Below, piece by piece: positions 58,945 to 64,000 of a stretch of DNA of 64,000 nucleotides; within the stretch, counting starts at the first letter, position 1, and each line of letters opens with the position of its first letter. The stretch lies in the IMG/VR virus record IMGVR_UViG_3300011113_000123, positions 1 through 64,000 of that record; one strand, 5' to 3'. The notes below the pieces were generated by a model. It saw only the letters and a program-made list of their open reading frames with translations. It made no database searches and was not told the DNA's origin. The translations under genes and the position numbers were made by a program. This DNA comes from a virus.

Positions 58945-58977
58945 AGGGAGGGGGAGCAATTCCCCTCCCTACATTTC
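58945..58977 (+). terminator. Putative terminator hairpin
   Basis: AGGGAGGGGGA-gcaa-TTCCCCTCCCT followed by acattt. Confidence 0.6.
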
Positions 58978-58991
58978 TATGGAGCATTTAA

Positions 58992-59231
58992 TTGGCAACT
59001 GATACCCGTGAACCTTGGGAACACCTCAAGGGAGTTTCTGTCACTGTTCGCAATAACGATGTGAACGGTGCTCTTCGTGTTTTGAAGAAGAAGATTCAGC
59101 GCGAGAACCTACTGCGTGATCTTGCTGAACATGAACACTATACACAGCCCTCAGTTAAGCGTCGCATGAAGAAGCAAGCTGCTGTTGTTCGTTGGAGGAA
59201 AAAGCAAGCAGAAATTGCTGAATCTCTCTAA
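58992..59231 (+). CDS. rpsU: Ribosomal protein bS21 homologue
   Basis: VTVRNNDVNGALRVLKKKIQRENLLRDL...HYTQPSVKRR.KK..AV.R.RK. Confidence 0.88.
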   Translation: MATDTREPWEHLKGVSVTVRNNDVNGALRVLKKKIQRENLLRDLAEHEHYTQPSVKRRMKKQAAVVRWRKKQAEIAESL

Positions 59232-59267
59232 TCCGAGCATACATAATAACATTACATTGGAGTAATC

Positions 59268-60131
59268 ATGGCAGCTATTGAAATTTCAGTATCCATCGAA
59301 GAACTACGCAAGAAGAAGATCTTCGTCGCGACACCTATGTACGGTGGTATGTGCGGCGGGCAGTATACCAAGTCCACAGCCGACCTTGCGTCGATGGCCG
59401 CACAGTATGGCATGGACGTTCGCTTTTTCTATCTGTTCAACGAGTCGCTGATTCCGCGAGCACGAAACTACCTTGTGGACGAGTTCCTTCGTTCCGACTG
59501 CACCCATCTTATGTTCATTGACGCTGACATTGGCTTTGATCCCAATGACGTCATCGCTCTTGCTGTCATTGCAGAAGAGGGAACCGATAAGTATATCGTA
59601 TGCGCGCCGTATCCTAAGAAGTGTATCGCTTGGGAAAAGATCAAGCGCGCAGTCGATAAGGGTGTAGCCGACCGCGATCCTAACATCCTCGAGAACTACG
59701 TAGGCGACTACGTGTTCAATCCTAAGTCTGGCGCTTCTTCGATTCCGCTCGATGAGCCAGTCGAGGTGCTGGAAAGCGGCACGGGCTTTATGATGATCCA
59801 GCGATCTGCGTTGGAAAAGTTCCGCGAAGCGTATCCTCAGTACATGTATCTCCCCGATCATGTTCGCACAGAACACTTCGATGGTACGCGCGAAATCCTT
59901 ATGGCTTTCCAAGCTGAGATTGATCCTGCTTCTAAGCGATATCTGTCGGAAGACTATTGGTTCTGTCAGAAGTCCGCAGATGCTGGCATTAAGACTTGGC
60001 TGTGCCCGTGGATGAAGCTCCAGCACATGGGCTCCTATGTGTTCGCTGGTTCGTTGATTGATTTGGCTACGATTGGCGCGTCGGCTACAGCCGATGAAAG
60101 CTCCATGACCAAGCCGAAGAAAAAGAAGTGA
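59268..60131 (+). CDS. GT-A-fold glycosyltransferase-like protein
   Basis: IFVATPMYGG, NESLIPRARN, LMFIDADIGF (DxD), GTGFMMI, LSEDYWFC. Confidence 0.75.
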   Translation: MAAIEISVSIEELRKKKIFVATPMYGGMCGGQYTKSTADLASMAAQYGMDVRFFYLFNESLIPRARNYLVDEFLRSDCTHLMFIDADIGFDPNDVIALAVIAEEGTDKYIVCAPYPKKCIAWEKIKRAVDKGVADRDPNILENYVGDYVFNPKSGASSIPLDEPVEVLESGTGFMMIQRSALEKFREAYPQYMYLPDHVRTEHFDGTREILMAFQAEIDPASKRYLSEDYWFCQKSADAGIKTWLCPWMKLQHMGSYVFAGSLIDLATIGASATADESSMTKPKKKK

Positions 60132-60137
60132 AAAGTC

Positions 60138-60166
60138 TTGACAACCCCACACAATGATGATACAAT
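60138..60166 (+). promoter_or_regulatory. sigma70-type promoter for gp45
   Basis: TTGACA-N17-TACAAT with extended -10 TG. Confidence 0.82.
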
Positions 60167-60184
60167 CAACAGATAGGAGTTTAC

Positions 60185-60850
60185 ATGATGAAGCTATCTA
60201 AAGAAACCACAGAAATCCTCAAGAACTTCGCGGCTATCAATCCTTCTCTCATCTTCGTTCCTGGAACTGTACAGAAGACGATGAGTCCACAGAAGACTGT
60301 GATGGCTAAGGCTAACGTCGCTGAGTCATTCAGTAAGGAGTTTGCTATCTACGATCTTACCCAGTTCATCTCGACTGTTTCTTCGTTCGAAGATCCAGAT
60401 CTCAAGTTGGGTGATGATCGAGTGACGATCACTAATGGTAAGGGGTCGGCTGACATTCGCTATGCTAAGTCTGACCTCATCAAGTCGCCCACGAAGGAAG
60501 TGAATCTTTCTTCTGTCGATATCAGCTATACGATTGAAGCTTCTGCGTTGCAGAGCGCTCTCCGCATGGCTGGCGTGCTTTCTCTTCCTGAGATTGCGCT
60601 CATTGGTCGTGATGGTGTAGCGTATCTCGCTGCTATCGATTCTCGTAACGAAGGATCTAATACCTTCATGTACGAAGTTGGTACGGCTGAAGCCAACTAT
60701 CGTATGATCTTCAAGTCTGAGAATCTCAAGCTCTTGAATCGTGATTACGAAGTTCGTGTTTCTGCTAAGGGTATCTCGCATTTCAAGTCGAAGACTGGAG
60801 ATGTTGAATACTGGATTGTTGCTGAGCAGGGTAGCAAGTACGGCGAGTGA
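60185..60850 (+). CDS. gp45: Sliding clamp gp45
   Basis: MKLSKETTEILKNFAAINPS, FAIYDL..F, ENLKLL..DY.V, YWIVAE. Confidence 0.93.
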   Translation: MMKLSKETTEILKNFAAINPSLIFVPGTVQKTMSPQKTVMAKANVAESFSKEFAIYDLTQFISTVSSFEDPDLKLGDDRVTITNGKGSADIRYAKSDLIKSPTKEVNLSSVDISYTIEASALQSALRMAGVLSLPEIALIGRDGVAYLAAIDSRNEGSNTFMYEVGTAEANYRMIFKSENLKLLNRDYEVRVSAKGISHFKSKTGDVEYWIVAEQGSKYGE

Positions 60851-60854
60851 TATT

Positions 60855-60880
60855 GGGGAGCTACGGCTCCCCTTCCTTTG
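60855..60880 (+). terminator. Putative intrinsic terminator after gp45
   Basis: GGGGAGC-tacg-GCTCCCC then TTCCTTTG. Confidence 0.7.
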
Positions 60881-60898
60881 TTATGTCGGAGATGTGAT

Positions 60899-61438
60899 AT
60901 GTACATCAGTGATGAGAAACGACTTTTGATATCCGAGATTTTAAAGATTGGTGTCACTAAACCCTTCCATCGAGTTACGCTTCGTATAGTCGTAGATCGA
61001 GAATTTCGATTTGGCCTGAGTATGACCTTTAGGGAAGGAGGTGTTCCTACTTATTCTACGGGTCTGTACGCTATCTATGCGGAGGGTCCTGAATTTGATG
61101 AATGTCTATATGTTGGTGAATCTAGACATTGTGTGAGTCAAAGGATTAGAAAGTTTTTCAAAGAACTAGCAGACTGCAGTCATGAAGATGAAGATCATGC
61201 GGGAGCTAGGAGAGCGAGTGATAATGGCGGATATACTATCGACTCGCACGAGTACAAAGTGAAGTGGGTTTCATGGGAAGAAATTTTTCGCATAGCGAGA
61301 GAAAAGAACATCAACACAGACTTTAGATATCTAGATGAGTTCGTTGCTCATCATCTGAAATCAAAGTACAATTCATCAACGTTTCTACAGTATGGATACA
61401 ATGGTCGTACTCTTGAAGAGTTTCTGGAGATTGCATAA
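60899..61438 (+). CDS. GIY-YIG-like nuclease
   Basis: GLYAIY...LYVGES...SQRI..F; interrupts usual gp45-gp44 adjacency. Confidence 0.6.
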   Translation: MYISDEKRLLISEILKIGVTKPFHRVTLRIVVDREFRFGLSMTFREGGVPTYSTGLYAIYAEGPEFDECLYVGESRHCVSQRIRKFFKELADCSHEDEDHAGARRASDNGGYTIDSHEYKVKWVSWEEIFRIAREKNINTDFRYLDEFVAHHLKSKYNSSTFLQYGYNGRTLEEFLEIA

Positions 61439-62376
61439 TGCGTGAAGAATTTCTGTGGGTTGAAAAGTATCGTCCTCGTAAGATTGCAGATTGTATCCTG
61501 CCTGAAGATCTTAAGGCTACGTTCCAGCAGTTTGTGAACAACGGTAACATCCCTAATCTTCTTTTGAGCGGTACGGCTGGCGTTGGCAAGACTACAGTTG
61601 CTCGTGCCATGCTGGAAGAAATCAACGCGGACTACATCGTTATCAACGGATCGATGAATGGTAACATTGACACACTCAGAACGGATATACGTAACTTCGC
61701 TGCGACGGTATCTTTTACTGGAGGTCGTAAGTACGTTATCCTTGACGAGGCAGATTACCTTAACGCAAACTCAACTCAACCAGCTCTACGAAACTTTATG
61801 GAGGAATTCTCATCTAATTGTGGGTTCATCCTCACCTGTAACTTTGTCAATAGGATCATCGACCCACTTCATTCGCGTTGTTCCGTTGTAGAGTTCAAGA
61901 TTGGCGTCAAGGAGAAGGCTGAGCTAGCCAAGCAGTTCCTCGTGCGCGCGTGCGGGATCCTGGATCAGGAGAGCGTTGGCTATGACAAGAAAGTCCTAGC
62001 CGAAGTGATTATGAAGCACTTCCCAGATTGGCGTCGTGTGCTGAATGAGTTGCAGCGATATTCAGTCCGCGGTACTATTGACTCGGGTATCCTTGCGTCG
62101 GTTGACAACGTAGAGATCAAGGAGCTTGTAAAGTATCTGAAGGCTAAAGAGTTTGAGGCTATGCGAAAGTGGGTCAGCCAAAACTCTAGCATGGACGTTA
62201 ATGTGCTGTTCCGTAAGTTGTACGATGCAGCCAGCACGATCATGAAGCCAGAGTCTATTCCGCCGCTCGTTCTTACCCTAGCCGACTATCAGTACAAGGC
62301 TGCGTTCGTGACTGACCAGGAGATCAATTTGGCTGCTTGCATGACCAACATTATGATCGACTGTGAGTTCAAATGA
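61438..62376 (+). CDS. gp44: Clamp loader large subunit gp44
   Basis: LWVEKYRP, GTAGVGKTT, ILDEADYL, LHSRC. Confidence 0.95.
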   Translation: MREEFLWVEKYRPRKIADCILPEDLKATFQQFVNNGNIPNLLLSGTAGVGKTTVARAMLEEINADYIVINGSMNGNIDTLRTDIRNFAATVSFTGGRKYVILDEADYLNANSTQPALRNFMEEFSSNCGFILTCNFVNRIIDPLHSRCSVVEFKIGVKEKAELAKQFLVRACGILDQESVGYDKKVLAEVIMKHFPDWRRVLNELQRYSVRGTIDSGILASVDNVEIKELVKYLKAKEFEAMRKWVSQNSSMDVNVLFRKLYDAASTIMKPESIPPLVLTLADYQYKAAFVTDQEINLAACMTNIMIDCEFK

Positions 62377-62765
62377 GCAACCCCTTTGTCTATGTTGATA
62401 GTGTATGTTCCACCAAAAAGAACCTCATGCGAGGGACTGCGAACGACGAGCTCGCTGAAAAGGAGTACAAGGCGTATCTAACGAATCGTTCGCTGTCATA
62501 CCACCAGGACGCTATATTCTACGCCAACGAAATGAATAGGCGTCCTCAGCTCGACAATAAGCTGCAATACGAGTTTTTACTAAATAGCCTGCGGAAGCGG
62601 AAAAGATACGCTAAGTGGCAAAAGCAAAAAGCTGATGCTTCCGTTGATATGATCATGGAGTATTTCGGCTACGGTCGCGCAAAGGCAGAACAAGCATTGC
62701 AAGTTTTGACTGATGACCAGTTGACCATGATCGAGAAGGCTCTCGATAAAGGTGGAAAGGTATGA
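62373..62765 (+). CDS. gp62: Clamp loader small subunit gp62
   Basis: YLTNRSLSY..D....ANEMN, QYEFLLNSLRKRKRYAKW, YFGY...KA. Confidence 0.92.
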   Translation: MSNPFVYVDSVCSTKKNLMRGTANDELAEKEYKAYLTNRSLSYHQDAIFYANEMNRRPQLDNKLQYEFLLNSLRKRKRYAKWQKQKADASVDMIMEYFGYGRAKAEQALQVLTDDQLTMIEKALDKGGKV

Positions 62766-63169
62766 ACACATCAGTCGAAAATATGATCGAGGTAAAGCTC
62801 CGATCAGCTGAAGACTTTCTAAAGATCCGTGAAACGCTCACTCGTATTGGCGTAGCATCGCGTCGTGATAAGGTATTGTTCCAGTCATGTCACATCCTGC
62901 ATAAGCAGGGTCGATACTACATCGTTCACTTCAAAGAACTCTTTGCCCTCGATGGCAAGCCCACGAACTTCTCTGACGAAGATAAGGGTCGTCGCAATAC
63001 GATCGCTAATCTGCTCGCCGAATGGGAGCTGATCGATATTGTTGACGCCGAACGCACTAAGGATCCTGTGGCTCCGCTGAATCAAATCAAGATTCTAGCG
63101 CACAAGGAGAAGCACGAATGGAAACTCGAAGCCAAGTACAATATCGGCAAAAAGAAGTCAGGCGACTAA
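62762..63169 (+). CDS. regA: Translational repressor RegA
   Basis: DFLKIRETLTRIGVAS, QSCHILHKQGRYYIVHFKELFALDG, KYNIG. Confidence 0.96.
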   Translation: MNTSVENMIEVKLRSAEDFLKIRETLTRIGVASRRDKVLFQSCHILHKQGRYYIVHFKELFALDGKPTNFSDEDKGRRNTIANLLAEWELIDIVDAERTKDPVAPLNQIKILAHKEKHEWKLEAKYNIGKKKSGD

Positions 63170-63293
63170 GACGTAAGTTCTTCGTCGAATATTCCTGCAA
63201 CTTCCTGAACGCTGTCGCGTTCTTGTCGGTATTGTGCGTTTGGTGCTTCGGTTTGTACCATCAATCATTATAGAGATTTATACGGCACCACCG

Positions 63294-63301
63294 TATAAAT
63301 A
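63294..63301 (+). promoter_or_regulatory. Late promoter TATAAATA upstream of hsp20
   Basis: Exact consensus; forms the right arm of an inverted repeat. Confidence 0.75.
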
Positions 63302-63305
63302 ACCC

Positions 63306-63357
63306 GTGACGCCTTCGGGGTCACATTACTAACCTTGCTTAACAGGAGGTCTAAATG
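63306..63357 (+). promoter_or_regulatory. ROSE-like RNA thermometer in hsp20 5' UTR
   Basis: 5' hairpin GUGACGCC-UUCG-GGGUCAC; 3' hairpin ACCUU(G)CU-UAAC-AGGAGGU with UUGCU pairing to the SD and a bulged G. Confidence 0.72.
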
Positions 63358-63819
63358 ACTAAGAATGATTATACCCAAAACACCAATCCTTGGGGTCAGT
63401 TCGATCCATTTTCTGTAGGATTCGACAAGACTTTCAAGCTGCTATCTGCTCATCTCGATGGGATTGGAAAGTCGCTTCCAGGCTACCCGCCATACAATAT
63501 TAAGAAAGTCGACGATAACAAGTATGTCATCGAACTAGCTGTCGCTGGTTTCGCAAAGACTGACCTTGAAGTCGTTCTTGACGGCGGTAAGCTGACAGTC
63601 GCTGGTAAGACTAAAGAAGCCAACGACCTGGATAACGCAAACGCCTATTATTTCTACAAGGGTATCGCAGAGCGCGCATTCACTCGCACGTTCACTCTCG
63701 CCGACTCTGTAGAAATCAAGAACGCCGAAATGATTAACGGTATTCTTAAGATCTGGCTCGAGAACTTGATTCCTGAGCACAAGAAGCCTAAGAAGATCGA
63801 CATCAAGGACGCGGAGTAA
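63355..63819 (+). CDS. Small heat-shock protein Hsp20 (IbpA-like)
   Basis: YPPYNI, IELAVAGF, KGIAERAFTRTFTLA, NGIL.I.LE..IPE.KKPKKIDI. Confidence 0.95.
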   Translation: MTKNDYTQNTNPWGQFDPFSVGFDKTFKLLSAHLDGIGKSLPGYPPYNIKKVDDNKYVIELAVAGFAKTDLEVVLDGGKLTVAGKTKEANDLDNANAYYFYKGIAERAFTRTFTLADSVEIKNAEMINGILKIWLENLIPEHKKPKKIDIKDAE

Positions 63820-63845
63820 GTCCCCCGTGAGTTCTTGACTATGAC

Positions 63846-63881
63846 GCTGGGTAGCAACCGCTGCCCAGCATTTATCTTTTT
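63846..63881 (+). terminator. Putative terminator after hsp20
   Basis: GCTGGGTAGC-aacc-GCTGCCCAGC then ATTTATCTTTTT. Confidence 0.65.
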
Positions 63882-63891
63882 AGGAGCAACC

Positions 63892-64000
63892 ATGTTAGAA
63901 CGAGTGTCACAAGCATATCAATACTACAAAACAATCTTCGAACTCGCTCGCTTATCCGACCAGGATCTGGAGCAGTTAGGTTTGTCGAGATCTGAAATCG
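63892..64000 (+). CDS. DUF1127 (YjiS-like) small protein, truncated by window end
   Basis: AGGAG SD; MLERVSQAYQYYKTIFELARLSDQDLEQLGLSRSEI matches EL..LSD..L.DIGL.R..I. Confidence 0.75.
   Translation, partial: MLERVSQAYQYYKTIFELARLSDQDLEQLGLSRSEI

Noticed and set aside
1-64000. Stop-codon reassignment, tRNA genes or rRNA genes
   Set aside because: Core genes are intact in the standard code and pack tightly; no cloverleaf or rRNA-like segment recognised by eye (tRNAscan-SE would confirm)

Overview
The window is 64 kb of a T4-like myovirus genome (about 44% GC by eye, standard genetic code). The host is probably alphaproteobacterial, inferred from bS21, a DUF1127 protein, a ROSE-like leader and a CHASE2 cyclase. 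Gene order: baseplate/tail-fibre genes (gp8-like, DUF4815-type, gp38-like Gly-rich adhesin); an accessory island (3 PP-loop enzymes, a desaturase/hydroxylase, 2 2OG-Fe(II) oxygenases, 2 orphan Bug/TctC proteins); a late operon joining curli genes (csgF, csgG, 2 curlin-like) to a FecR protein and a CHASE2 adenylate cyclase; gp13-gp20; a 5-gene fibre insertion; prohead genes, gp21-22-23 and gp3; uvsY, uvsW, gp55, gp47, gp46 and def; a C5-cytosine MTase with an Asn->Arg change in motif X coupled to a CmoA-like carboxy-SAM synthase (candidate DNA carboxymethylation system); a sigma70-driven early region; VWA + MoxR/CobS AAA, bS21, a glycosyltransferase, gp45, a GIY-YIG gene, gp44, gp62, regA; hsp20 behind a ROSE-like RNA thermometer; and a truncated DUF1127 gene. 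All calls come from motif recognition and synteny by eye. No database searches were run.
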